Positions 41,401 to 51,552 are shown, counted from the first letter of the stretch. The stretch is 64,000 bases of DNA from Mizuhopecten yessoensis (GCF_002113885.1 NW_018405342.1:2095303-2159302); one strand, 5' to 3'. Translations and numbers: made by a program. Notes: a model not told the origin generated them from the letters alone.

Positions 41401-44400
41401 ATTACATTCTGGGTAAATCAATATCATTTCCTTTTCGACGACACATTGCCCATTTTAACCCAAAGTGCTTGGACCGTGAACAAAACCCCCCACATACTTT
41501 ATACCTATTATGAGAAAGCACTCAGTAATAAGCCCACCCCTTTGCTCATCATATTTTACAAATGTAAGGTCAAACCTAAAGACATTTCCTGCACTTAAAT
41601 GATCTGGAATTCTCAAAATAAACCTGGTTTTAATGTTACCATTTTCCTTAAAGGATATGATATAGGGCTCTCTGGGTTTATCAGCTGTCAAATATCACAT
41701 GTACAAATGTAGGTGTTACCACTGCAGGAACTGATCAGATACCAGAGAGTTCATACCAAACAGTGCTAAATTCTGCCTCTCCCTAGCTACTACTCATGTT
41801 AAAAACACATGCAAAATGCTCTTCCATTTCTCTGACTCCTCTCTATCGTAAATCTGTCACCTGTTTTTCTCTCTCTAGCAATGTCTTAAGATTGCTCACA
41901 AACATCAAGACCAGAATACTTATGTATAGACTTTTACTGGCGATATATAATTTTCGGAATAGATGATATGAAGATTTTTACCAGTTATTTCTGTAATTTA
42001 TATATGAAAAAATCTTCAGTTTTTTGTCCACTTTTTTTTTTAAGTAGTCAGAGTACTTACTGCAATATTATGGTACACACGTACATATATATACAGTATA
42101 GCACTTAACTACCATAAACAATCGCTCCATTCTATTAGCAAATCAATTAAAACAAACTGCGTGAAAACAATGCTTTACAATGCAATCTGTCCAACTTTAT
42201 TTAAGCCCTGCCTTTTTACGACAGTTCACTCCAAAGATTTATTGACATTAGAATATAAAGTTCATAACATGCTTTCATGTCAAAATTTGTTAAGCCCACT
42301 CCCTACTTTGAGTTATAGATTACGTGCTGGCCCTTTTGGGCTTTTGTAAAATAATTATGGTAACATTCCCCTACCCCACCTCCCCTTCTACATTTTGATT
42401 TTTTTTTAAGTCTTGTAAATTATCCAAGCAAATCTTGATTCGTCAGCCTTAACCTATCGTCATCTGTACATGTAACTTAACTCATTCACCCCTGAAGACA
42501 CATTTGAACTCTTCCAATTCAAAAGTAGGAATAGTATAATGAAAATTTCAGCGGTAAATTAGTTTATCACATTTTCTAGATCTTGATAAGCTACTGTTCA
42601 CATTATAAATCACTAAATCTGATAAATGTCACAATAGATAGATATATATCTTATTCCTGACAGATTTCCCTAGTGAGAGACAGTGTGACCGAGCTACAGA
42701 TATCTGACATTGTAATTGCCTTTTTGTATCAGAACTAAGAATTGAAAAGGAAAGATGAAAGCTCTTGGGTCAAAGCAATATAAGTAAATTTTTTATGTCA
42801 CTGGCATTGACCCTTTCACCACTGTAGACCATAATGGACTCATCCAGATCAATGCATGGTAGAGTCTACTAAAGTTACGTAGGGGCCAAAGGGTTAGGCT
42901 TAATCAAGACTGGTACAGCATATCTCCAGTTTTATTCTTACCTCAGCAGACTCATCCAACAGTTGAATCCAAAGTTTAATGATCTAATCAGTATCTCAAT
43001 GGTCTATTACCTATCTGAAGGCTAGGTATAATCTGTGTATTCATAAATGGCTTCATCTGTATGTCACAGGCTCATAATCCTTATCTCACAGTCAAAGACT
43101 CTGTCATACTTCAAGGGTTAATATCATTTGTATTACAAAAGCTTATAATCCTTATCTCATGGTCAAAGACTCTGTCATACTTCAAGGGTTGGTCTCATTT
43201 GTATTACAAAAGCTTATAATCCTTATCTCATAGTCAAAGTCTCATTCATACTTCAAGGGTTGATCTCATTTGTATTTCAAAAGCTTATAATCCTTATCTC
43301 ATAGTCAAAGGCTCTGTCATACTTCAAGGGTTGGTCTCATTTGTATTACAAAAGAATACAAAAGCTTATAATCCTTATCTCACAGTCAAAGTCTCATTCA
43401 TACTTCAAGGGTTGGTCTCATTTGTATTACAAAAGCTTATCTCACAGTCAAAGTCTCAGTCATACTTCAAGGGTTGGTCTCATTTGTATAACAAAAGCTT
43501 ATAATCCTTATCTTACAGTCAAAGACTCATTCATGCTTCAAGGGTTGGTCTCATTTGTATTACAAAAGTTTATAATCCTTATCTCACAGTCAAAGACTCA
43601 TTCACGCTTCAAGGGGTGGTCCCATTTGTATAACAAAAGCTTATAATCTTTATATAACAGTCAAAGACTCTGTCATACTTCAAGGGTTGGTCTCATTTGT
43701 ATTACAAAAGTTTATAATTCTTATCTAACAGTCAAAGAATCATTCATGATTCAAGGGTTGGTCTCATTTGTATTACAAAAGCTTATCTCACAGTCAAAGT
43801 CTCAGTCATAGTTCAAGGGTTGGTCTCATTTGTATAACAAAAGCTCATAATCCTTATCTAACAGTCAAAGACTCTGTCATACTTCAAGGGTGTGTCTCAT
43901 TTGTATAACAAAAGAATACAAAAGCTGATAATCCTTAGCTTACAGTCAAAGACTCAATCATGCTTCAAGGGTTGGTCTCCTTTGTATAACAAAAACTTAT
44001 AATCCTTATCTTACAGTCAAAGACTCTGTCATACTTCAAGGGGGTGTCTCATTTGTATTACAAAAGTTTATAATTCTTATCTAACAGTCAAAGAATCATT
44101 CATGATTCAAGGGTTGGTCTCATTTGTATTACAAAAGTTTATAATTCTTATCTAACAGTCAAAGAATCATTCATGATTCAAGGGTTGGTCTCATTTGTAT
44201 TACAAAAGTTTATAATCCTTATCTCACAGTCAAAGACTCATCCATACTTCAAGGGTTGGTCTCATTTGTATTACAAAAGAATACAAAAGCTTATAATCCT
44301 TATCTCACAGTCAAAGTCTCATTCATGCTTCAAGGGTTGGTCTCATTTGTATAACAAAAGCTTATAATCCTTATCTAACAGTCAAAGACTCTGTCATACT

Positions 44401-46412
44401 TCAAGGGTGTGTCTCATTTGTATTACAAAAGTTTATAATTCTTATCTAACAGTCAAAGAATCATTCATGATTCAAGGGTTGGTCTCATTTGTATTACAAA
44501 AGTTTATAATCCTTATCTCACAGTCAAAGACTCATCCATACTTCAAGGGTTGGTCTCATTTGTATTACAAAAGCTTATTTAATCCTCATCTTACATTTAA
44601 CTATCAATGGTCTCATCCAAAGCTCACCGCTCTCATGCAAATCAGAATGTACAATGTATACAGGACTCTGATAAATTACACATGTAACCAACTGGTCATC
44701 TATTTCCCAAGTAACTACATATACACTAGGAGTTCAGGACTACAGATTAGTCCAGTGCTACAGCAAAATGGAAATATTCTTTAGCAAAGTCTGTAACAAT
44801 TGCAAGTGACCAGATAGTTCAATAACGTGAGAAACTCTCCCTCTATATAAAGGCTGAATCCTGACACCTGCCACAGCACACCCATGCATGTTTGTGAGAA
44901 CAGGATTAAAGAATTATCGTAAAAAATACCCTGGAGTGCTTATGTTAATGTGGTCATTTAATCACTATGATTCCAACCCAAGACTAATTTACCAGTGCTC
45001 AACCAACTGAGCTAAGGCCACAACGAAAATTACTTGTGTTTCCACTATTATCCTCAGAAAAATAAAGATAGGTAGGTAGGCAATTTTTATTTATTCTTGA
45101 AAACATGTTTACTATGCTTATATAAAGCATGAGTCCTCACTTACACAGTGCATATCACTAAATGCCAATACAAACATTATGGTAGGTAGGGTTAGCCAAA
45201 ACACAAGACTTTTTATTTGGCCTAAAGGGAAATCCTCTCCAGCAGAGTCAGTAACAAGTAACAGCACTATGATACAAGACAGTTAGGACTACTGTACCTT
45301 CTTGAAACCATCTTCCATCTCTTTTGTTTCCTTGAAATGCATCAGAGATTTGTGGTAATTGTCCTTCTGCCATTGTTTGATGTCTGCGTAAGCCTTGGAC
45401 ATGAGATTCTCCCCGACCAGTGTGTGGAGGTTTGCCACACTATCAGCCTCTTCTAGCAATCCTCGCCATGCTCCTTGTGTTGTGGCATACTCGGGTCCTA
45501 CACGCATATAGAAAGTCATTATTAAATAACCATTCTTCCTAAACTTTTACATAACTTTGGATTGGGATTCTTTATATTCGATGCTTCACATGAGTTAAGC
45601 TGTTTAGATTACTTTTTTAAGGTTTTCAGATACAAAACAGTTTTAAATTTAACCCATTTTAAATATGTTTATGATAAATATATTGCATCACTCAGTAAAA
45701 AAGGAAACAGCAGCCTTGAAGCTCCTGGAGTTACACTCTTTTGTGTTCTCTGCACCACTGGATTATGTCGAGGGTAATGTGGAAGCCACACGGCTAGCTA
45801 TTTGATTGGTTTCAGGTGAGCTAAAAACCGACCAATTGCTAAGCTGATACCCGTTCTTTGAAGAAAACAGTGGAACAGGACCTGACCAGATTTCAAAGCT
45901 TGTCTATTTTACAATTATGCCATGAGGCGTGATTTTCTTGATGTACATAGTATACCAAAGGATCAATCTAGTCTTCTTGTATCATCCCAAAGTGGGGCAC
46001 ACTTAGCCCTCAATTTTGTCATGACATGTTTCAGGGATGCAGAGAATGTAAGTGAGCATGGCTCCTGGAGTATTGGATGAGGAAATGACAAACTAACACT
46101 TTCTAAATTAATTGCAAACTGAATTTACATGTTAAATATATCTAAATTTCAACCTTACCAATTGAATAAAAAACAATTGTGTGAGAGGAGACAATTTTTG
46201 GTACCTTTGTCTAAGTATTCGTTCCACCTTTTAGTCCACTGTGAGAGCTGTTTGGCATAGTTCTTTTCTATCTCGCTCCTCGACTCTATGAGACTTCTAA
46301 GGCTTTCACACATTTTGTGTCCATTGTCAACACGCTTCACTGTCCGCTGGTACTTGCCCACCTCCCAAAAGCTATCGCTAGAGGGCTGAATCGATTCCTC
46401 ATAGTTTGTCAT
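2321..46412 (-). CDS. PACSIN: PACSIN/syndapin (protein kinase C and casein kinase substrate in neurons), spliced CDS join(46412-46205,45497-45298,33415-33278,10591-10466,9938-9838,8985-8865,8207-7924,6821-6717,3017-2869,2433-2321), 514 aa
   Basis: All 10 exons have AG/GT boundaries and matching phases (intron phases 1,0,0,0,2,0,2,2,1); total 1545 nt. PACSIN signatures: SDSFWEVGKYQRTVKRVDNG, GPEY, WQKDNYHK..FKETKEMEDGFKKAQKPW, AKKEYHTAC, YIEDMNEVFEKCQ, GADMPMNWPTFEEYSPD, two NPF motifs, and a C-terminal SH3 with EDELGWCKG..GLFPAQY. Confidence 0.96.
2869..3017 (-). CDS. PACSIN: PACSIN coding exon 9 (second NPF motif and first half of SH3: PNPFEDEEDG...VLYDYIPKSEDDDELTLTL)
   Basis: TTTATCAG|C acceptor, TTAG|GTTGGT donor; 149 nt, phase 2-1. 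Confidence 0.92.
3043..3287. repeat. 38-bp minisatellite, about 6 copies (AGATTTAGACTGATGGTAATGTGAATAAAGTATCTCAA)
   Basis: CTGATGG recurs every 38 bp between about 3111 and 3263. Confidence 0.9.
3446..3526. repeat. 39-bp perfect tandem duplication
   Basis: CAACTGAAGCTGGACAAGGTCCTTGTTCAACAAAAAAGT x2. Confidence 0.9.
5054..5144. mobile_element. 91-bp TTAA-bounded MITE, subfamily A (also 42807-42897 inverted, 7303-7367 partial)
   Basis: TTAACCCTTTCACC...AAAGGGTTAA; shared core AGTAGACTCTACCATGCATTGATCTGGATGAGTCCATTAT. Confidence 0.8.
6717..6821 (-). CDS. PACSIN: PACSIN coding exon 8, symmetric NPF-containing exon (KKSYDEKLNPFGSDDDDDTDLGGDRLSSKTPTKQ), candidate cassette exon
   Basis: ACCAG|G acceptor, AC|GTAACC donor; 105 nt, phase 2-2; NPF followed by an acidic run. 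Confidence 0.8.
7924..8207 (-). CDS. PACSIN: PACSIN coding exon 7 (EYSPDLANISKKEKK... S/T/N-rich linker)
   Basis: ACAG|GAATAC acceptor, CAG|GTCAGT donor; 284 nt open frame, phase 0-2. Confidence 0.9.
8865..8985 (-). CDS. PACSIN: PACSIN coding exon 6 (FSKLYSDLHDTISKADSDSDLAWWSQKSGADMPMNWPTFE; end of F-BAR)
   Basis: TGTAG|G acceptor, GAG|GTACGG donor; 121 nt; DLxWW..G..M.MNWPxFE motif. Confidence 0.95.
9838..9938 (-). CDS. PACSIN: PACSIN coding exon 5 (VFEKCQNFERERMEFFKKTMFVLHECLDLSSEP)
   Basis: CTAG|GTA acceptor, CAG|GTAAAT donor; 101 nt, phase 0-2. Confidence 0.95.
10466..10591 (-). CDS. PACSIN: PACSIN coding exon 4 (LKKIQDKLRKYQADVEQSKDKYEACLNDLNGYNAKYIEDMNE); absent from the ORF track
   Basis: TTTTCAG|TTG acceptor, GAG|GTAAAA donor; 126 nt; matches the PACSIN YxEDMxxVF helix. 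Confidence 0.95.
11750..12112. mobile_element. Non-autonomous palindromic element (Crypton-like) inserted in a minisatellite
   Basis: 22-bp inverted repeat at 11750-11771 and 11943-11964 (21/22 identical), then a 140-bp hairpin at 11967-12107 centred on GGCCTTCGGCC. It is CpG-rich relative to its flanks, and the same minisatellite unit lies on both sides. Confidence 0.65.
12110..12657. repeat. 37/49-bp minisatellite (TTACTGTGACATTGAATTGTTCAGGATGTATGCTACC and longer variants); a detached unit lies at 11680-11750
   Basis: Repeated AGGATGTATG.TACCTTAC core. Confidence 0.9.
14062..15400. repeat. G-rich ~76-bp minisatellite, about 15 copies, with ~40-bp degenerate units at the right edge
   Basis: TCAGGTGTGGGAGTGTCTGAGTGTTTGTGTATGCTGTGGTGGGATGTTGAATAGTCAGGTGTGGGGTGGGGTAATGG repeated. 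Confidence 0.95.
19274..20020. repeat. 39/41-bp minisatellite, about 18 copies (CTCTGTAGTGGTCTATCCTGCTCTTATTAAGTAATCACC)
   Basis: Direct tandem periodicity; degenerate units at 19060-19270. Confidence 0.95.
20210..20296 (-). mobile_element. tRNA-derived SINE head
   Basis: Minus strand GGTAGCTCAATTGGTTAGAG (A box) ... GGGTTCAAATCCCGG (B box), followed by non-tRNA sequence. The acceptor and anticodon stems pair poorly, so it is not a tRNA gene. A weaker relic lies at 44965-45017. Confidence 0.65.
21296..21402. repeat. 21-bp tandem repeat x5 (CAGTGTGGACCTATCTTTACC)
   Basis: Direct periodicity; explains the repetitive ORFs on both strands. Confidence 0.95.
23271..24115 (+). mobile_element. Non-autonomous Helentron-type (HINE / DINE-1-like / pearl-like) element with internal ~146-bp satellite repeats
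   Basis: 5' AACAAGAGGCCCATGGGCC..GGTCACCTGAG; about 4.5 central repeats (AAAATAACAACACTTTGTCAGGACCATGAG at about 23492, 23638, 23785, 23931); a (GACG/GAC)n microsatellite; 3' hairpin AGGTCACTTGAGCTAAAGCTCAGGTGACCT followed by an A run. Confidence 0.88.
25703..25793. mobile_element. 91-bp TTAA-bounded MITE, subfamily B (also 34597-34687, 6271-6353, 8244-8367)
   Basis: TTAACCCATTCACC...GGGGTGAATGAGTTAA; core TCACATYTGAACCTYACCAAATCAAAG.CTGKGCAAGTCCAG. Confidence 0.8.
26545..27655. mobile_element. 1.1-kb non-autonomous TIR DNA transposon with 5-bp TSD (CATAT)
   Basis: Perfect 15-bp TIR CAGGGTTCTCCCCAG / CTGGGGAGAACCCTG; subterminal CCGTATCASCTT x4; no transposase ORF. Confidence 0.88.
29300..29802. 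repeat. Degenerate ~22-30-bp tandem array (ATGACCTTCACACATTCAAGGGTC)
   Basis: Recurrent CATTCAA and ATGACCTT motifs. Confidence 0.85.
30203..30645. repeat. Highly degenerate ~60-bp tandem array
   Basis: AAATGAAGATGGGTGCTCT...AGGGTAAATATGG recurs about 7 times. Confidence 0.6.
31064..31165. repeat. ~31-bp tandem repeat x3 (AGAACATTGATAACCCAG...)
   Basis: Direct periodicity. Confidence 0.8.
33278..33415 (-). CDS. PACSIN: PACSIN coding exon 3 (AQKPWEKKY...AVSQDQ)
   Basis: TTTCAG|GCC acceptor, CAG|GTAATG donor; 138 nt, phase 0-0. Confidence 0.95.
35930..36330. repeat. ~60-bp minisatellite, about 6 copies (GGGTCTATGGACCAATGACTGAGAAACCAAGACCAGTACTATAGAGAAACCAGGAAGCACT)
   Basis: Direct periodicity; source of the repetitive ORF 36106-36321. 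Confidence 0.92.
36444..36621. mobile_element. 178-bp MITE with CAG termini and 5-bp TSD (ACCTT)
   Basis: CAGGGGTGTAAAATTCC ... GAAATTGTACACTTCTG imperfect TIR; ACCTT immediately on both sides. Confidence 0.65.
38460..40695. repeat. 31-bp minisatellite, over 60 copies (TCACCACTAAACTGGTTGTCCCACTATCCAG), with a 125-bp higher-order repeat
   Basis: Direct periodicity; the variant unit CCGGGGTAT occurs at 39072, 39197, 39322 and 39447. Confidence 0.97.
43065..44578. repeat. 71-bp minisatellite, about 21 copies
   Basis: ATAATCCTTATCTCACAGTCAAAGACTCTGTCATACTTCAAGGGTTGGTCTCATTTGTATTACAAAAGCTT repeated; explains the ORFs at 43341, 44173 and 44407. Confidence 0.97.
45298..45497 (-). CDS. PACSIN: PACSIN coding exon 2 (GPEYATTQGAW...EMEDGFKK, includes wedge loop)
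   Basis: TGTAG|GACCC acceptor, AAG|GTACAG donor; 200 nt. Confidence 0.95.
46205..46412 (-). CDS. PACSIN: PACSIN coding exon 1 (F-BAR N-terminus, MTNYEESIQPSSDSFWEVGKY...WNEYLDK); the exon itself starts at 46500 with 5' UTR
   Basis: ATG at 46412, acceptor TTTTTCAG at 46501, donor AAAG|GTAC at 46204; 208 nt. Confidence 0.95.
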
Positions 46413-47710
46413 GATGAACACTTTTGTTTTACTATTTCCTAAAGTTTGTATTGACTTTAAATTCTTCAATTGCCGTTTCTGGAATTACCACATCAGAAGT
46501 CTGAAAAATGAAATGATAGTTTGAAACTGAAATATACATTTTGGTAAATCAAAGTTTATTTTTTTATTACGTCACTGTGTATTTTTTCCTTAACCTTGGA
46601 TGGAAAGTTGTTGTATTTTTAAATGTGTACCTTAATTAATAAAACTAACCTACCAAAAGATTTGGAGTGATAAAAAGATAAACATATATATAGCCCATAG
46701 GCCTCATTACATACATACATGTATATGTATATGATCACAAGTCCAGTGAGAGCTATATAGTAATGTACTATGTACATTATTACGTACAGGTCAACCAGGA
46801 TTGGGTAGTAATTTAAAGCTACTACTCAAGGTCAATGTTTAAGTCAACATTTCAGCAAATCTCAGTAAACATTTCAACTATCCCCAACACTTAAACATGG
46901 TACATATTCAGTAAATAGTCTACCAACTACCCAGGGATATCAAATGCTATTGAATTAACAATACATGTGTATAATCAAATCTACTAATTTATACGTACAT
47001 AACACAGGTATAGTACCCAGTCTCCGGCTATATTACAATCTGACCACTCCATATAACGTCATGACAACTGTAGCTTTCAAACAAAGCTCAAACTGCTAAG
47101 TCACGATAAAGAATATGACCAGTATTTCAATTTAGTGTGATCCATTAGCAGCTAATTCATTGAAGGATGTGTGTCGTACTCCATGTGTAATGCATGACAG
47201 AAATATAAGTAAAGATAGGATACAAATTGTTCTAACTGTTGCAATTGGATTTTTTCCACACATTGTCACCAATTATGCACTAATATATACACTGTCATAT
47301 TCCACAATAATATGGCATATATATATATATATATATATAAGGAAGAATATTTAGCCTGGTATAAAAGGGATGAGTGCTAATTCATGTCTATAGAGTGAAT
47401 ATGCAAAGCATGTAAGTGATACATATATATATATATATGTGTTTTTAATTTAAAATTTTGAAAATTTACAGTAACAAACAAAACAGTATTTATATCAAAG
47501 GTTACATAAAGAATGTGCATGCATTACATTGATATTATTTAATCATGTTATAAATACACTTTGTAGAATTATTGACAAGTATAACATATTATTGACATAA
47601 ATGTTGACATATATAATGGGATAGCTATATACATGTAGATCCAGTACCATCAGGCATCAGATGCAGTTACATATCAATAATAGCAGCAATAACTGATTAC
47701 CATTATCAAT

Positions 47711-47802
47711 TTAAACTCGTTTACCCTTGAAATTTCATAATGAACTATTTCAACCTTTGAACTGGGAGAGTTCAAATGTGTCCTCAGGGGTGAATGATTT
47801 AA
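47711..47802. mobile_element. 91-bp TTAA-bounded MITE, subfamily C (also 35250-35340, 42477-42566 inverted, 3297-3367 partial)
   Basis: Core AATTTCATAATG...CCTTTGAATTGGAAGAGTTCAAATGTGTC and the same AGGGGTGAATGAGTTAA terminus. Confidence 0.78.
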
Positions 47803-48559
47803 TGTACACATGCTAAAAAATATACACTACATATCCAACAGAAAGGTATAAATTATATACTTTTACGGCTCAGACAATACCTATAGCTAATAGCGTACAG
47901 CTTACAAGCAAGCACAAATGGTACCTGTTATAGAAATACTTGAACCTATAAATAGATCTTTAAAACACTCCTCTATTGACGTAACTGCATTTGTTGACTT
48001 TGCAGATAAAATGACTATAATATATACAAATAAATGTTATCTTAAAATTTAACTTGAAATGTGATACTGTACTTTGTGCATCCCTCTATTACATACATGT
48101 ACCATGTCCACTTGTCATATCTTATAATTATTAATCTAAAAATTTTGAGTAGGCAATGATAACAATATTGAGATATGTTATGAATGTGTATATTAATCTA
48201 TAGTCTCATTGATAAATTACAGGTAGCAGTCATTTTTTCACTTATCATACTACAGGTATATCCAGATAATCCAATATGCTTTCATACTAAGAATTCCAAG
48301 GAGTGGCTCTAACTATCCCTATTAAATTTTACATACTCGTCATGTTTCCTCTCCTCTCCCTACTCCGGAATTTTCACCCCCAGTTTTTAATCTTGAACCT
48401 GTCTGCTGTATCCCAATACCATATTCATGAACTTCAATACATTTTATTGATATTATTAATAAATTTAAATGACAGTATTTCTATTTTCAGAATTTCGGTT
48501 CATCAAAATACGAAATGAATTGAAGCTACTGTAGTGACTGTTTTTATTAGACATATGAT

Positions 48560-48715
48560 CACAAGAGTCTGAAATTCTGCCAAAATTAATAATAACAGTA
48601 ATACGGACTAATACAAAAAAAACACTATAATATGCCTAAAATATTTTTTAAGGATAATGTAGTGTTTTTTTTGTATTACTGTTATTAATTTTTGACAGAA
48701 TTTCAGACACCTGTG
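48560..48715. mobile_element. 156-bp foldback MITE flanked by 7-bp direct repeat ATATGAT
   Basis: CACAAGAGTCTGAAATTCTGCCAAAATTAAT... / ...ATTAATTTTTGACAGAATTTCAGACACCTGTG; palindromic over almost its whole length. Confidence 0.8.
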
Positions 48716-49714
48716 ATATGATGATGTAAACAAACATCCTTGGCAAATTCAGTATTTTATAACAATAAACATTGTACCTGAGGCATACTGTTAACTATTT
48801 GTTAAGATTGAAATCAACCACAACAGTTCAATAAGCATGAGGTCATAACCCTCCGAAGACCTACTTTGTATAGGTAATCTGTATCCACAGTATATATAGT
48901 AAGTTCAATGAACCGTGCTAAATGTTTACTTTCTCGGTTATAATGTTGTTCCCAGACAAAAAAAACACATAAGACATTGACAATATATACCTTTACCATG
49001 CTAGATCTATAAACATGGAACCAATTTACCTGGTCACTGAATTAATTTACCAACATTAGGAGACATACGCTAACGGTAGATTGTCACCCAACCCTCCCAA
49101 CATAGGGCGTAGGCCTCTCATTCATGTAACCCAATAGGGCCGACTGCCAATTTTCCTTGTCCAAGATTGATATGCTGAAGGCTGGCGGTCGTTAGACAAA
49201 CGTATCGCACATATACTTTGACTGGACATGCAATATTATATAGCTGTGTGTAATTGCGTTATTAGTGATAATGTATTAGGGCCCCTGGACACAGTTAAAT
49301 GACCCACGTTCGGTGTACACACCCCAAGGTCCAAGACAGGTGTGCAAGTTTTCGCACCTGTCAGATATCTTGAGCGGGTCATACGTTTGTCAACACCACA
49401 CAAGTACTACTTACCAATACACAGGTGTGTAAGCGGAAATAAAACCAAATGTTTTAAAATTATGACCTTTGAGCGCCATTATATTGATATTTTCCACAAA
49501 TGAAGCTGAAAGTCCTATGTTCCTTAGATTCCAGGTTGAATACACTTCGAAGGGGGATCACTCGACCTCAACGAAAACAAGTTTTCCGTCCGTGTGCTTA
49601 TCTGACACAAGATAAAATTACCTGCATAGATATTTTAATCCATTTCTGGTTCGTCGTAATATCAAAATCCAACAGAAAGTGCCTAGGAAATGTAGTTAAT
49701 CCAGGTTTACTTAC

Positions 49715-49835
49715 CAAAGTTTACTTCACCCGGACTTTCCACTGGGCTATCTTCCGGAGATTCCAAAATGGCTGATATTGAAGGGGTGTGGCTACAAGTC
49801 TGTCATCTTGCAACGAGCAATTTGATTGGCTGATA
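49715..49835 (-). promoter_or_regulatory. Probable PACSIN promoter and non-coding first exon
   Basis: Minus strand reads CAGCCAATCAAA (CCAAT box, 49821-49832), GCCACACCCC (Sp/KLF, about 49783-49792), GCCATTTTG (YY1, about 49764-49772), CCGGAAG (ETS, about 49751-49757), then a strong donor TTG|GTAAGT at 49715/49714. The region is locally CpG-rich. Confidence 0.65.
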
Positions 49836-50639
49836 AAAGGTCTCATTCAGGCCATGCAAAACACTTTTTACAAGTGTGTGTATTGCAGGACTAGGCCTAC
49901 CTTCCTTGAACAAAACTAAGACCAATCTCAGGATATGATATCATGTGTCGAGAAACTGTTGACATTTTTATAGCAATAATTCATATATTTTGTTTATTTA
50001 TTTAAGTCTAAATAAATAAAAAATATGAAATATTTCATAACAAAATTAAGGAGGCTGTAGAAGCTTATATTTTGTAATTATAGTAAAAGGACAACACTGT
50101 GCAGGGGTAATTGTAAGAAAAGTTAAAGTTAAAGCACTAAAAACATACATTTAGTTTAATTTGTTGCACTATTTGTTCAAGAAACAAAATCCGTAAATAT
50201 AACAATTGTACACTGTCATGTGGCAATATTAAGATTTTTTTTTAATTCCTGCATAGACGATGTAATTTATACCCGGGTCCTGTATGCTCCTTGCTGCCAT
50301 GAGCCAATACTTATGCTTGTGCTGTGTAGTTTATACTGCATTGAACTCTTACCGTGTACTTAACACTGGTGTTATGTGTTTTAAATTTGTGCTGTGTAAT
50401 GTATATACCCGAGTCGTGCATTTTCTACTCCTTGCAGGCTCATTATACTTGTGCTGTTTAGTTCACACTTGTGCTGTGATATTTATACTCGTGCAGTGTA
50501 ATTTACAATCATGTAATTTAAATCCATGTCGTGAAATTTATACCCGTGCTAGATCATTTATACTACTTCCGTGTATTAAATACTACTGCCACGGACTTAG
50601 ATGGTTAATCTAGTTCCGTGCTGTTATTGAGTAATCTGC

Positions 50640-51552
50640 ACTTTTGTACTGTGTAATGTTCACTCGTGTTTTAATTCACCTTTTTACTGTGAAATGTTCA
50701 CTCGTGTTTTAAATCAGTTTTGTACTGTATAATGTTCACTCGTGTTTTAATTCAGTTTTGTACTGTGTAATGTTCACTCGTGATTTAAATCACTTTTGTA
50801 CTGTGTAATGTTCACTCGTGTTTTAATTCAGTTTTGTACTGTGAAATGTTCACTCGTGTTTTAATTCACTTTTGTACTGTGAAATGTTCCCTCGTGTTTT
50901 AATTCACTTTTGTACTGTGTGATGGTCACTCGTGTTATAATTTAATTTTGTACTGTGAAATGTTCACTCGTGTTATAATTCACTTTTGTACTGTGTAATG
51001 GTCACTCGTGTTATAATCCAATTTTGTACTGTGTAATGTTCACTCGTGTTTTAATAATTTTTGTACTGTGTAATGTTCACTCGTCTTTTAATTCACTTTT
51101 GTACTGTGTAATGTTCACTCGTGTTATAATTCAATTTTGTGCTGTGTGATGTTTGATTCACTATTGTACTGTGTGATGTTCACTCGTGTTGTTTAATTCA
51201 CTCGTGTGCTGTGTAATGTTCACTCGTGTTGTTTAATTCACTCGTGTGCTGTGTAATGTTCACTCGTGTTGTTTAATTCACTCGTGTGCTGTGTAATGTT
51301 CACTCGTGTTGTTTAATTCACTCGTGTGCTGTGTAATGTTCACTCGTGTTGTTTAATTCACTCGTGTGCTGTGTAATGTTCACTCGTGTTGTTTAATTCA
51401 CTCGTGTGCTGTGTAATGTTCACTCGTGTTTTAATTCACTCATGTGCTGTGTAATGTTCACTCGTGTTTTAATTCACGCTTGTGCTGTGTAATGTTCACT
51501 CGTGTTGTTTTAATCACTCTTGTGCTGTGTAATGTCCATTGGTGTTGTTTAA
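50640..51552. repeat. 38-bp then 40-bp minisatellite (TGTACTGTGTAATGTTCACTCGTGTTTTAATTCACTTT); degenerate units from about 50260
   Basis: 38-bp period at 50647, 50685, 50723; six perfect 40-bp units at 51181-51420. Confidence 0.95.

Noticed and set aside
4600-42310. Recurrent AATAAGCCCACCC motif (4603 reverse, 13420, 23093, 41526, 42291)
   Set aside because: Most likely relics of Tc1/mariner-type MITE ends; I could not define boundaries, so it is not called as a feature.
43341-44784. Three ORFs with shared peptide repeats
   Set aside because: Artefacts of the 71-bp tandem array.
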